Shown here piece by piece: positions 34,592-52,760 of a DNA stretch of 64,000 nt (position 1 is the first letter of the stretch; each line of letters begins with the position of its first letter). Position numbers and translations under genes: made by a program. The notes under the pieces are model-generated. The model was not told the origin of the DNA. It did no database searches and saw only the letters and a program-made list of their open reading frames with translations. Source of the DNA: the human T2T-CHM13v2.0 reference genome, Homo sapiens. The stretch lies in the NCBI RefSeq assembly GCF_009914755.1, contig NC_060930.1; one strand, given 5' to 3'.

Positions 34592-35065
34592 TGTGGCAGA
34601 GCTGTTGGCTAGATAAGCCAACCCCCTTACCATGACCCTCAGTTTCTTAGCCAACCTTGCTAGGGCTGACCGTATGACATAGTTCTACCTAATAATTCTA
34701 AGTGAAAGTTGGCTGGGTAGGGCTTCAAATAAAGCTTTGGATTTTCCTAATAAAAAAGGAATAAACTTGGCTGGTAGGCTTTTATCCTTGTATCCCTTTG
34801 TCCTTCTTTTTCCTGCCTAAACACAGACATGGTAGCTAAAACTGTAGTCCCTATCTTGTTTCTCTGGGGCAAAATACACATGGAAAAGACCAAGAAAATT
34901 GTAGAGATCACTGAATTGCAGAACCAATATGGGCAGCCATGCCCCTGTGGACTTTTTGTTATGTGACACAAAAACAAACAAACAAAACAAAAAATAAAAC
35001 TGAAAAAACAAGTCTTTCTTAATGAGATTATTTGTTATTTGCAGCCAAATGCAAGCTCCTTTGGA
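34592..35065 (+). mobile_element. Old LTR remnant (LTR33/MLT1-like)
   Basis: Starts tgtggcaga; ends 'tttgttatttgcagccaaatgc'. Confidence 0.5.
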
Positions 35066-38000
35066 ACAAATGACCTCTAGTAAAACAAATGTAAAGTCTC
35101 AGTTGCAACATATAATGGCAGTTTCTATAATTTATGACCACAGAAATCAAGGGTGGATTGAACCATAAGATGTGATGGCTCCTTTCATTTTCTTTGTAAG
35201 GCTATAGGAGGTTCTGCAGGATCACGAAACAAATTAGAATCTTTGGAGCTGGAGTTTTACCATGGGTTGTGTTGTCCTACTCCTGATGGAGAGAAAGGGA
35301 TGAAACTCAAACTATGCTTTGATTTCTTCATCTTGTAAATGAAAACAGTGAGAGCAGCTAAAGCTCCAGAACCACTGTAAGACATGGTGACCAAAAGAAC
35401 CATTAGCCATTTCTAAAAATTAAACTGTACAGAAGGTCTAAACACTCTTGGCTGGTGTTTGGTTACAGTAAAAGAATAATGTGGCAAGGCAGGTAATATC
35501 ATAACCATTGAGGGATATGGTTTCAGGCATAATAAGGTAAAAGGAAGAAAGAAGATCCTGACCATTAAGTCTTAAGGGCAGCAAGGAAAGAAAATCCAGG
35601 GAGAAGTAAAAGCATACTCTGCATTTATCTATGTAACCAATCCCCCTTGCACTGAATCTGATACATTGCTGAAAGAGGCAGTGCAGCAGGCAAATAATGA
35701 TTCCTCAGCTAGAGCTAAGACCCTGAGTGTCCAGGAAAGTTGCTGAAAGGAGTCCTTGACGGGCACCAACCAGCCTGTCATCATAATCATCTTTCCTAGA
35801 AGAAGAATGCAGAAATGGAGGTAGACAGAGAGGAGAGGCAAGAAGAGGAGATGAAAGAGTTTTTCTTGGTCTCAGTGCTTCTGCTTGTTCTTAAGTAGAT
35901 ATACAAGCATGTTTTGGTCAAGTGCCTCTGTGGTTACCAATGTAAGGGGCTAAGCTTTTTAAAAAGAGAGATACACTGACATCAGGTGCTATCGAGATGT
36001 ACCAAAAGTATCTGAACAAAGTGACAAAGTTGGGCTCCTGGGAAAAGAGTCTCTGATTTAAGGGTACTTGGGGAAAGAATAAGAAGATTTTCAAAGGTAG
36101 ATCACTGCTTTGAATTAATTCAAGAATTAGCCTTAAATGACTGTGACCCTTCATCAGTTTTTTCAGAATAGCTTTATTCTGAAAAATACTCAAAAGCTAT
36201 ATTAAAGCAATTTGATGTATTAAATGTGTACAAATTTCAATTTGCTTGAAGTCCTATGCTTCTGTTAGCCCTCATGAGAATAGCTGCATTTCTGTGACCC
36301 CGTGTGGCCTATCCTGGGGCAGCAGCATATAAAACATCTGCCACAGAAGGAGGAGGCTGATGCTTTCCACTCATTTCGTTTTCCAAGGTGAACAATTCTG
36401 GTTTTTAAAATGATTGCTATAATCACTACCGGTGAAGTATTTGTTTTAAAGAGTTCTTAACAATTCTAGATAATTACTAAACACACACGTGTGCATGAAA
36501 AAATGGGTCAGATGGGGCCGAAATCCTCTGTAAAAATGTCTTATTGATGGGTTAAAATCTTGGAAAGCTAAAAGGATTCTTTTCATATATCCAGCTATAT
36601 CTTATGATGACTACTTGCCAAGTTCTCCAATCACTCAACAGAGGTAAATGGTTGACATGTGAGGTAAATCACACACATGAACACACAAACATATTTTTTT
36701 TTTTGGCATTTAACTTTTCCTGCTTTTCCAAAGAACATCTGAATTCTAGTGCCCCTCCTGTATTTTTAACACACAACTTAGTTGCCATAGCAATACTGTC
36801 TGGTCTTGAAATACCTCTAGGATGAAACTGGCTGAGGCATATTTACCATGCCCCCAAACTATCCTGCTATCTGTTTCCAGGATCCAGGATTTCTGGCCCT
36901 CTATGCATTCACACAGTTCAGACTTCAGCACCTACTGGGAACCATAGATAAAATTATTTGCTGTATGATTTTTCTGGGAACCAGAGCTCTGAGGTCTGAG
37001 GGTGATAAAAGAAGACTTTAGAGTGATGCAGATAGGCTCAGAGAGAAACAACACTTAGTAATAAATCATGGATCAGTGAGACAAGGAAGAATTCCTTGGT
37101 TCCGGGCTGTGACAGACGACATTCAGCATGACTGATATGAAGCAAATTTTGTAAAATATCTTTCCAATTTTGACTAGAATTATAAGCAATCTTAATCCAA
37201 GCCAGAAGAGTCATATATTTAGATGTTTGCTGTATTCTTCAGGCTATAAAAAGGAAATTTCTAGCTCTCTAGGTTGCAAAGAAGGCTGTCTTAATGTAAA
37301 TAGATGTACTGCTTGCCTGTGCAGCACTCAGACAGAATGAAATGGAAGCGGCATGGAACAAGTGAGGCAAGCATTTTTACCTGTGCTAATGTCATCACCT
37401 GTGCTAATGTCAGAGCCTAACTCCAGAGCTCAATCTCAGTCATTTGCTGGAGATGTTGGATCTTTAGCAGTTTCCTCACATACACTTAGATAAGACACAC
37501 TGAGCAAATATGATGTCCAATTTAGTTGCTAGATAGAACTCCCTTTAGTTGCACTAGCATCTATGTTGTCAGTTTAGTCAATGAGTGTTTATTGAGTACT
37601 CACAGCACAGAGAAGCATACTATGCATTTGGAAACTGCTGCAAAGACTCAAGCTCATCACAACATTAAAAAATCACTATCTTCAATTTGAGATTATCTGT
37701 GGTCCTACTAGAGATTGAGTGCAGCACAGATGTAGAAAATACTCAAATAATTACAAAACATTATTTGAGTCATTAGCCCCAATTCCTCTACCCACCCTTA
37801 TTGACTAAGCCTTCATTTGGCTATTAAGTAGGAAAAAAATGGCATTTTTTACAGTTCCTCTCCTTTTTCTTTTCTGTGCTTATCCTTCTGGAGGGAAGTG
37901 CATGAGCAACAGTTAGGCAGGGTGGTAAGCAGCAGGAAGAAGAAAAAATAGCAGTCTAAAGGAGGTCACGGTAATTTACAAACTGAATAGATAATCTAGA

Positions 38001-39324
38001 GTTGGTTGTAGCCACACAATAGTGAAAGGACAATTGAACTCGGCATGGGCTTGACAGTTCACAGAGAAAGAAAAATATACCAGATGAATAAGGACCACAG
38101 TGGCATATGTAATTCTTTTATTATTATTATTTTTTTAGGATCAACTTGCTATTACTTCTTTTTATCTACTTAATAACTACAAGACATAAACTGATTTGTG
38201 GTTCAGACAGTCTGTGCCAGATTAACTTTTTAAAGTGGTAGAATTGTTTTTTCCTTCTGCAAAACAAAAAGAGCTTCACCCCACAGACTAAAGAGATTAT
38301 GAATACCCATCAAGAAACTATTTTGGGCTAGACATCTTTTGTCCTAACATATTGCATTTATATAATATTTTCCAACTGAAGAACTCAAAATGTTTTTGTG
38401 TCATTAACTTCTTAATACTCACAACACCCACAGAGACAATGGGTTTAGTTAGCTGCATCTATCTAAACAGTCTTATCTTTTGACACCCTATTTACTATTA
38501 TTTGTTATTTAAAATATTTTGGGTATTTCACTTACACTATTGCACATATCAATTGCAAAAACATCGTTCAAACCAATGTAAAAATTGTTAATTTAACTGA
38601 CTATCTTATAATTAGGGTTTCAACAAAGTGCTGTCATTTATTAGCTGGAAAAGACTGGATGATAGGTATACTTAATGCATAGCATATTTGAGTTCTCATA
38701 CTAGCCTGAAAACACTAAAAAGGATATCACAATTAGCAAGTAGAAAGATAATAAGTCTTAAACTAAGGCGACAGAGGGACTATAAACTAAGACATTAGGT
38801 GGATTTGGTTAGTTATTATGACTCTACTCTGGTCTTTTTATGTGGTCAAGCCTCTGAAGACTTCCCGTTATTTAAATTTTAATGTTTTTAAAATGGCATG
38901 AAAATGATATAATTACTATTCAATTATCCACTTTTAAGGCACATTTCAGGTAATTTCTCTCTCTTTTCTTGAAAATAAAATGCGTAACTTTTGCTGTGCT
39001 TGTAAACCTAGCAACACCAAGGACAAACTCCTTTATTTCCCAGTTATGCTACCTTGGGAATGAGAAAGAAATGCAAGAGACGAAAGAGCTTCCTGTTAAA
39101 TGGTAAGTTAGGACACCTCCTGCTGTTTCTTTTCTAGGAGCGGACTGGATCAAGGAAGGTCAGGAGCAGACAAGGTGGTTTCTAAAGGCATGAGGGCCTC
39201 CCCATCCCTGCCCCTCCTCTGCTCTGATGGCGCTGAAGAAACACTGAAACATGGGTGGTGGTGGCGGGGTGGGATGGAAACATCTCAGGCTGTCACCTCT
39301 CAAAGCTATCTCTCAGCTGGCCAT

Positions 39325-39737
39325 GCTATCCCCTCCCTCCTGCTCCAGCCACACTGGCCTCCTAGCTGCTCCTGTGGCCTGCCAGGCAAGCTCCACTCCA
39401 GGGCTTGGCACTGCCGGTGATGCTCATCCCCAGAGGACTTACTGTCTCCATCCTTTGGGATCTGCTCACACTTCACCCTTCTCAGTGAGGCCTTCCTGAC
39501 CACCCAATCTAAAACTGGACTCTGTCTCCAACCCGGTTTTTCCTCCTGATTCCCCCATGGCACTTCTAAATATCAGCCATCTAAAAAACAGCGTTTATTA
39601 TCTCCCCTCAACCCCACTAGAATGTCAGTTCCATGAGAGCACCAATGTTTATTTTGTTTATTCAATGCCATATCCCCAGTGCCTACAATAGTGCCTAGCA
39701 CATAGTAAGAGGATTAGTAAATTTTGTTGAATGAATC
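39325..39737 (+). mobile_element. L2 3' end
   Basis: 'tgctccagccacactggcct', 'cccactagaatgtcagttccatgag', 'gtgcctagcacatagta', 'tgttgaatgaat'. Confidence 0.85.
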
Positions 39738-40049
39738 AACGAAAATGCGGGTATAGAGAGAGGGTCAGAGATCATGTTTGGAGTCTACCCTTTCTAGTAT
39801 ACCACAGGATATTGGTATCTGACTCACTAAGAGGATTAGACAGCCACTGACCATGCTTACTTAGGCCCAAACATTTTTCATCAAGAAAGAAGGTTCTACT
39901 TGCCTACCCAACTACGGAGTAAACTCTCAGAAAAGGAAGAAATGGCTTCTGTGGATGAAAACAGCCAAACAAAAGAAATCCTTATTCACAAAGCAATTAT
40001 GTCCTTCACTTAGCAATAGCAAATGCAGTGACCAAGATAATTCATGTTT

Positions 40050-40295
40050 GGCCAGGTGCAGGGGCTCACACCTGTAATCCCAGCACTTTGGGAGGCTAAG
40101 TCAGTAGGATCACTTGAGCCCAGGAGTTCGAGACCAGCCTAGGCAACAAAGCAAGACCCTGTCTCTACAAAAAATTTTATAAACTAGTCAGGTGTGGTGG
40201 TGCATGCCTGTGGTCCCAGCTGCTCAAGAGGCTGAAGTGGGAGGATTGCTTGAGCCCAAGAGGTCAAGGCTGCAGTAAGCCATGATCACACCATC
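40050..40295 (+). mobile_element. Alu (AluJ-like), 3'-truncated, no poly-A
   Basis: Alu consensus stops at 'catgatcacacca'. Confidence 0.9.
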
Positions 40296-41369
40296 ATGTT
40301 TGAGACCTTTGCCTCTGTAGTCACCAAATATAAAGGAATCTGAATATTTAAAACCAATATACCATTGATTGGGCCCTACCACAGCCAGGGTAAGAGAGGG
40401 TTTCCAGGATTTCCAGATCTCCTCCCTCCTAGATGGGGAAACTGTTAAGTCACTGGGCTCTGTAATACTCTCCCTCTGGTGTTGATGCAGAATCACTGGG
40501 TTTCTTCAGATACAATGCCTAGGAAAGCAAGTCAGCCATCACAAGCAATAGAAGCTGTGGGTCAAATGTCACTGACTAATCAACCTGTCATTGGTCAATT
40601 ACTCATCCCCATGAAAGGGGTACCACTCATCTAGTTTCCTGTCAATAAATGTCTATCTGGCCACATCAACTGTCGCTAACTGAAGCCTGCCAAGATCTCC
40701 AGCATTGTCACAAGCATTGGTGGCTAAGCAATCTCTCTCCTTTTCCTCTTAATAATGTCACAGAAGAGGCAAATGCAGTTCCTGACAACATAATGTTAGT
40801 TTCACAGAGACGTGTCTCTTTGAAGGCTCAGCCAGTTATACAGAGCTTCAATTGCATGGATTTTTTTTTTTACTGGGAAAAAAAAGCGGGCTTAAGGAAG
40901 TTGGAGGCTTCATACTGTGCTGAGATACACAATTCTGCCTTTGGTGTGTTCATGCTCATCATCCCCGCTCTGAGTCAGGAAAAGAAAAATTGTTTGGGAG
41001 AACCACTTTCATTCCACATTTTAAAAAAACCCAAATGGGCACTGTTCTCTCTTGTCTTAAGCCCCAGTGACAGCCTTTTCTGGAGTCAGATTCAACATCT
41101 CTGATTCTTTGGGTAGAGCTAGAGGCCAAGGTGGCCTTGCCACATGAAGAGCCTGTTTGTTTCTCTGAGTTGTCACCCTGATAATAACCTCATGTAGTCC
41201 ACACTAGATTAAAGATTCTAGGTTTCCTGTTGTACCCCCTCCCCCCAGTTTCCCCTTCTTTTTTGATAGACTACCTCATCAGTACATTGAATCTTTCAAG
41301 GGAAGAGTATTCTGAGTTGCCACAGGCTTTTATGTATCAGGTATGGCTGGGAGGAGGCAGCAAGTGAAC

Positions 41370-42190
41370 ATTTATAATACAAATGCTCTGATAGAAATTG
41401 TATGCAAAATTTATGGGATTACTGAAGAGGGATCTATCAATAAGTTCAGGAGATAATGGACGGTTAGAGAAGCATTCCCAAAGGAGTGGAGCCTAAAAGG
41501 GGGAATAAAAAAAGAGCCAGGTAAAAAAGGAGGTAATGAGAAGGTAGTGAGAGATGCAAACAATGATATCAGCATGATCAAAGAATTGGAGGCAGGAGGG
41601 TAAGAGAGGGTGGAACCCATGTGCAATGCTCTTATCGCTGGATAGGCTGTGACAGAGTCCAGAGTAGCACAGGGTTGGGGAGGGTGGGGAGGGGTGCACA
41701 CGCAGGACACGAGGTTGTATAGACAGAGGTAAGTCAGATAGCTCTTAAATGCCTTAGTCTGAACTGTCTCCTGAAGGGAACTACTAATCATGATTCCTCT
41801 GAGAGAAGGGTGTGGCCATATCAGATGTGTGGGAGGGACGGTTGTGGGTGGGGAACTGGGGGGCCCAATGGAGGTCTGGAAGATTGGGTAGAAAAGTGAA
41901 ACAACTATTGTGCAACTATGGTAATGCAGTGGGACACAGAAGAGGGGAAGGATTTGTGAGATGTTTAGGCTGTACTGACAGAACTTTATGGCTGACTGGA
42001 TGAGAGAGGAAGGTGAAGGAGAGGAAGGAAATCAGGGAGATTCCCAAGTTTTTGGCTCAAGTAATGGACAAATGGATGGTGCCACTGAATGAGATGGGGA
42101 ATCATGACATGACGTGACTTGAACAGGGAGGGAAGGATAATGGAATTCCATTTTAGGCATCTTGGTTTGAGATGCGCATAGAACACTGTT
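41370..42190 (-). mobile_element. L2 remnant
   Basis: 'tcccaagtttttggctcaagtaatggacaaatggatggtgcc', 'attccattttaggcat...gtttgagatg'. Confidence 0.65.
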
Positions 42191-42254
42191 AGATGGTGGC
42201 GGTGGTGGGGAGGGAGGTGTGGGGTACCAGGTAAGCAAATGGAAAACGGAGAAC

Positions 42255-42680
42255 ATTAAAAGAGAGTGGGCAGAGCTACTAAACTTCCCGTTTGCTTCAA
42301 TCTTCATTGGCAAGGAGACTGGTCTTCAAATTAGAAATGTCAGAACAAACATAATAAAGAGAAAATTGAAGTCCCAAATAGGTGAAGTCAAAGAGAGTAT
42401 CTAGTCAATTTAAATGATTTCAAGTCTCCTGACTCAGATGAGTTACACCCCAAGCCTACTGAAAGAAATTGCAGATGTAATCTCAGAGACACGATTGGTA
42501 ATCTTCAAGAAATTGTGGAGGCTATCAGGGGTGCCAGAAGACAAAAGAAAGACAACTGTTTTCCAGATTTTTAAAGTAAAAAGGGATAGGTTGTAATGGA
42601 AAATATAGAGGTTTCACATCATCTTTAACAAAAATTCTAGAATAGCTTACTAAATAGATGGTTTACAAGTACTTTAGTTA
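42255..42680 (+). mobile_element. CR1/L3 LINE ORF2 fragment
   Basis: Translates (one frameshift) as KSPDSDELH/PSLLKEIADVISETRLVIFKKLWRLSGVPEDKRKTTVFQIFK, matching the CR1 RT N-terminal motif KSPGPDG.HPRVLKELA.VI..PL..IF..SW..G.VP.DW..A.V.PIFKKG. Confidence 0.8.
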
Positions 42681-43425
42681 ATGCATACAGATGACAGAAA
42701 GGAAGGTCGGGTATTATTTGCTATTCGACAGAAGTTTATTTGTACAGGTAGCTGATGTGGCTTGTCTCTTTCCCTCCCTAAGCACAAAGTAAGCTGGTCT
42801 GGCCTGAGGTACAAACTCGAGGCTTCTCTATCTGTGATTTGTTGCCTATGGTACTCAGCCTGTAATGTGGCCCTTTATAAAAAAGGGTCAACAATTTAAA
42901 TGAAGAATCCACAGTCTGAATTCTCCAAGAAACCCAGCATCAACTCCTTAGGGTGCCCTGGGGAACCAGCAAGCAGCATCAACTTCTATGGTTATTAGCC
43001 TAAACATCAATAAACCTTTGCTTATTAGAATATTAGTACCTTATTTTTTGTGCTATTTCTTTCTTTATACATACTGATTTTCAAATGAGAACAGGAAACA
43101 ACAAAGCAAATGTGGTGGAACATTATGGGGGAAAGGCAGTCATGTCTTGCCAATACCTTTACTCCAGGCAGGCTAAGATATACATATACATATACACACA
43201 CATACATATATATATAAACATTATATGTTTTCATTAGCCCTTCAGAGACCTTCTTAGAACATTAAATAATAAAAAGAAGAGAAGAGAAAAAGCAGCTTAC
43301 TTAAGACCCAGATGGCAATCTTCAACTAAAAGTATAGTCATGCACTGCATAATGAGATGTTTTAGTCAAGGACGAACTGCATTTATGATTGTCTCATAAG
43401 ATATAATGAAGCTGAAAAATGCTTA

Positions 43426-43834
<409 letters not shown>

Positions 43835-43992
43835 GTAGCCTAAATGTACAATGTTTAAAAGTCTACAGTACAGTAATGTCCTAGGCCTTCACATTCACCC
43901 ATCACTCACTCACTGACTCACCCAGAGCAACTTCTTGTCCTGCAAGCTCCATTCATGGTAAGTGCCCTACACAGGTGTACCATTTTTTATGT

Positions 43993-44130
43993 TCTTCTTT
44001 TTTTTTTTAATTGAGATGAGACCTTGTAATGTTGCCCAAGCTGGTCTCGAACTCCTGAGCTTTCAAGCGATCCGCCCACCTCCGCCTCCCAAAGTGCTGA
44101 GATTACAGGCATGAGGCACCGTGCCCAGGC
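43993..44130 (-). mobile_element. Alu left monomer (FLAM-like) nested in Tigger3
   Basis: 12-bp TSD ACCATTTTTTAT at 43979-43990 and 44131-44142. Confidence 0.88.
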
Positions 44131-44957
44131 ACCATTTTTTATCTTGTATATTATATTTTTCTTGTACGTTTTCTATGTTTAGACATGTTCAGATACACAA
44201 ATACTTACCACTGTGTTATAATTGCCTACAGTCTTCAGTATAGTAACATGCTGTACAGGTTTGTAGCCTAGGAGCAACAGAACATACCATCTAGCCTAGG
44301 TGTGTGGTAGGCTATATACCATCTAGGTTTGTGTAAGGACACTCTATGATGTTTCCACAATGACAAAATTGGCTGACAGTGCATTTCTTACAGTGTGTCT
44401 CTGCCATTAAGCAATGCATGACTGTATATCCTCTGAGGGATATCACCAGTCTCACGTTTAAAAATTATATAATCCTATAAATCAAGCAAGGTTAAAGTTC
44501 CCTTCTTAAAACAAAAAGGAACAACAAAAAGCCCAGGCGCAAAGATCACTAAGATTATTCAAAACCAGATCTCGAATTCAGATCTGTTTGGTTCATATGT
44601 AATTTATTAAAGTTGAAAATGATTTTTCATTCTATATAACCTATCTTGACATTATCCTATAAGTCTCTAACCAATACAAATTGAGACTTGAAAAGGACAT
44701 AAGCCACCCAGGGAGAAGCCTCTTGTCTAGTTCCTCCATGAGTCTAACTTCAGTGTACTGCCCCAGTGGAAAATCCAAACAAGCACGCTATATCTCGTTG
44801 TTGTCCCTTCCTTCGGCTCCCACTCCTTTCTTGATACTTAGAGCAAAGAACAGTAGAATTTCTTCACTGAAGTTATTAGGATTATCATTTTACCAAAATA
44901 CAATCTATATGTGTATCTTCCATTTTAAAACTTATGAATGAGGAGGAATCTTCTTAC

Positions 44958-45147
44958 CGTATTGACCCAATCATGTACGGTTGTGCCAACTGAACCACAA
45001 TCGCACCACTTCCTAGCTGGTGACATGTGTAGCCAGAATCCCAGTCATAATTCTTAGTGTCCCCATTCAGCAAGGCATTTCGGCTCCGACTGACTCCTTC
45101 AATCACACTGGCACAATCAGCAATTGTTGCAACATTCTCCATGGGAA
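44958..45147 (-). CDS. BTBD9: BTBD9 internal coding exon, 190 nt, phase 1 in / phase 2 out (C-terminal F5/8 type C, discoidin-like region)
   Basis: Minus strand reads ttggattcacAG|TT CCC ATG GAG AAT...GGG TCA ATA CG|GTAAGA. Translation (V)PMENVATIADCASVIEGVSRSRNALLNGDTKNYDWDSGYTCHQLGSGAIVVQLAQPYMIGSI(R) is recognised as BTBD9; canonical AG/GT sites. Confidence 0.95.
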
Positions 45148-45331
45148 CTGTGAATCCAAAAACAAGATTTGGCATCAGGATAAGAGAAGCCAAATATATC
45201 TCTATAGTGTGCTCAGAACAAAATTAATTAATTGCTATCTCAAATCAATGATAAAAGAAAAATTAGAACATCTGGATTATCTTCAGATATGAATACATTT
45301 TCCATGCCAAATAGCTTTTTAAAAAATGTTA

Positions 45332-45680
<349 letters not shown>

Positions 45681-45777
45681 TCAACAAAGTCAAAACTAAA
45701 ACATACTTTGTTTAGAGCTATATACATAAAACTAAAAAGGGAATCTAGGAAATTAATACAGAAAATTAAAAATAGCA

Positions 45778-46047
45778 GCCAGGCACGGTGGCTCACACCT
45801 GTAACCCCAGCACTTTGGGAGGCTGAGGAGGGCAGATAGCTTGAGCTCAGGAGTTCAAGACCAGCCAGGATAATGTGGTGAAACCCCATTTCTACCCAAA
45901 ATACAAAAAATTAGCCAGGCGTGGTAGCACACATCTGTGGTCCCAGCGACTCGGCCTACTGAGGTGGGAGGATTGCTTGGGCCTGGGAAGCAATGGTTGC
46001 AGTGAGCCGAGGTCATGCCACTGTCCTCCAGCCTTAATAACACGGTG
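45778..46047 (+). mobile_element. Alu (AluJ-like)
   Basis: Full dimer. Confidence 0.92.
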
Positions 46048-47149
46048 AGACTCCCTCTCAAAAAAAATTTTTTTTAATTGATTTTATGTCTAATAAATAC
46101 TGCTCTTGTTCTATATCTTAAGCTAGCTGGTAGGTACATAGGTATTTGTTTTATTAGTAGTCTCTAAGCTGCAGATATTTTCTATTATTCTGAATAATAT
46201 CTATTATTCTGAAAGTCTGTTTAAAGAAACATGTTAAATTCAGAATTTTGAAACTCACATAATAGGAAAGTGATCTGAGACCTGGTACCAAACCCATTTC
46301 AGAATATACAGTTGCCCTCAGCCATGATTAATTTCTTTTTTTTGTCTACTATTCTGTGCATTGCAACATATATGCTCTTCCCATTGTTCATGAACTGCTG
46401 CATCTTAAAAACCCAGCTGTTCTGATTTTGAGTCTCTCTCTATATAACTCAAGTCTATATCAACCTGCTCATTTATAAAAGTCAAGAACTTCCACAAAAT
46501 GATGGATGCTCACTATGATGTAAGTTCTCTAAACACTGAGAAGAGAATAAAAGGTGAGGGCCTTTTAAGTCCCCTGGGACCTTTTCTGCACGTTTAAAAC
46601 AAAAACCTTTAATTTTCTTCAGACATTTAAGTTATTTAACCAAAACCTACTTACATTCAAGGTTTGTAGCTTACATCAGATAAATTAAAATAGATTGGAA
46701 AAGAAAAAAGTAATTTTACATATATCTTCTATGCAACTCATTTACTTTCCAAAGTTGGACATGCTTGTACTTAAGCCCTCATCTCGTATGCCTTCACTAA
46801 TTGCTTTGCTCTCTGTAGCTGAGTAAAGCCACCCACAGAGAAGAAAGGAAGGGAGAGGAGGGAGAGAGAGAGGATGAATTTTTCTGGTGATGAATTCCTT
46901 GATTATGAAGCTTAATTCCAAAGCAACAAGTAAAAACACCGGTGAAATTACCTGTAAGGACAGTTTCCTGGCAGAGAAGGAGCTCAGAGAGAAGCTCCCT
47001 GTGACTTTGGAAAGAAACAGAAGTGGACTATATTTAGAAGGTAAGTTATGGTACTTCTATCTCCTGGAAAAAGGGCAGTATTCTTTGATTTGGAAGAGAG
47101 AATGAAAGGAAGTGGTATAAGATGTACAGTAAATTTAGCTGAGACATAA

Positions 47150-47549
47150 CACTGTAGACAGGTTATGCTGCAGCAACTGACAGGCCCCTACTCTCTCAGT
47201 GGCTTAACATAGCACACATTTATTTTTTCACTCACCCTATGTATTCAGTGACGATCAGCCAGGAGGCTCTGCTCATTGTATCACTCAGGGATCCCAGTGA
47301 CAGAGGCTTCATACTGACATGTGCTTCCCCAATCACAGCCGCAGTGGGAAGAGAGTAAGCTGGGCACAGGCTCTTAAAACTCTTCCCCAAAAGTAATGCA
47401 TGTCACTTTGTACATATTTCATTGTCTAAGTCACATGGTCTTATCTAACTTCAGAGGGGACTAGAAAGCACAACCCTGCTGTGTGCCTGGGAAAAGCTCC
47501 AGGGAGAAAAAATGGGGTATTTGGTGAACAACATTTAATGTCTACTACA
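47150..47549 (-). mobile_element. MLT1-type MaLR LTR
   Basis: 'ggttatgctgcag', 'tctcagtggcttaaca', ends 'ggtgaacaac...tgtctactaca'. Confidence 0.65.
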
Positions 47550-47868
47550 AACATTAAGCCTGGATGAAAGAGCATTTAACAGACAGGTACATCTGGGTCA
47601 TCTGTTTCAAGTATTTAAAGTATTTCAATGTATGAATATTCTAAGATTTATATATCTATTCTCTTGCTGAAGGACATTTAGATTGTTACCATTGTTTTCT
47701 TTGCCATTACAAACAAAGATGTCTTCTTGTATTCCCAGGTAAGAGTTTCTTAAAGGAATACTTGAGATTTCTATGTATGTGGAAGTGGAATTACACTCAT
47801 GGCTATGAGTTAACTTCAACTTCCCTAGATATTGCCAAATTTTTCACCAAAGTGGTTGTAAAACTTTA

Positions 47869-51530
<3,662 letters not shown>

Positions 51531-51791
51531 CCTTTATACTCTCAACTAATTGCTCCACATCCTCACCAACTCCTGGTAATGTCAGACAGGTAAGTGTGAA
51601 ATGGGATCTCAGTGTGATTTTAGCTTTTAACTTTTTTGTTAGGTGAAGTTGAACATTTTTTTTTCTCTTTTTTTCCCTCTGGAATCATTCTCAATTTCTC
51701 TTCTGTAAACTATTTTTATCTTTTGCCTATTTTTCTATTATCTTTCTAATTGATTTTCAGGATGCCAAGCTTTTGTAGGTCAATTTATTGA

Positions 51792-52281
<490 letters not shown>

Positions 52282-52449
52282 TAGTATGCTGTGAGATGAG
52301 GATTTTCATCTTTTATTTATAAATATGACTAATTTCCCCAAATAGCATTTAGTGAACAGCCCATCCTTTCCCCCACTAATTTATGTTACTTTAGTCACAT
52401 ATGAAGTTTTTGTATATATTTGCATCTCCATTTAAGATCTGTATTCTGA

Positions 52450-52760
52450 GGCTGGATATGGTGGCTCATGCCTGTAATAATCCCAGCTCTTTGGGAGGCG
52501 GAGGCAGGCGGAGCACTTGAGGCCAGGAGTTTGAGACCAGCTTGGCCAACATGATGAAACCCCATCTCTACTAAAAATACAAAAATTAGCTGGGTGTGAT
52601 GGTGCATGCCTGTAATCCCAGCTATTGGGAGGCTGAGGCAGGAGAATCGCTTGAACTTGGGAAGTTAAGGTTGCAGTGGGCCGAGATCATGCCACTCCAC
52701 TCCAGCCTAGGCAACAAAGCGAGACTCTGTCTCAAAAAAACAGAAACAAAAACAAAAAAA
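52450..52760 (+). mobile_element. Alu (AluS-like)
   Basis: 15-bp TSD AAGATCTGTATTCTG. Confidence 0.94.

Noticed and set aside
44954-45193. 79-aa ORF as a complete protein
   Set aside because: Its N-terminal part is intronic (upstream of the AG acceptor) and its stop lies inside the donor GTAAG.
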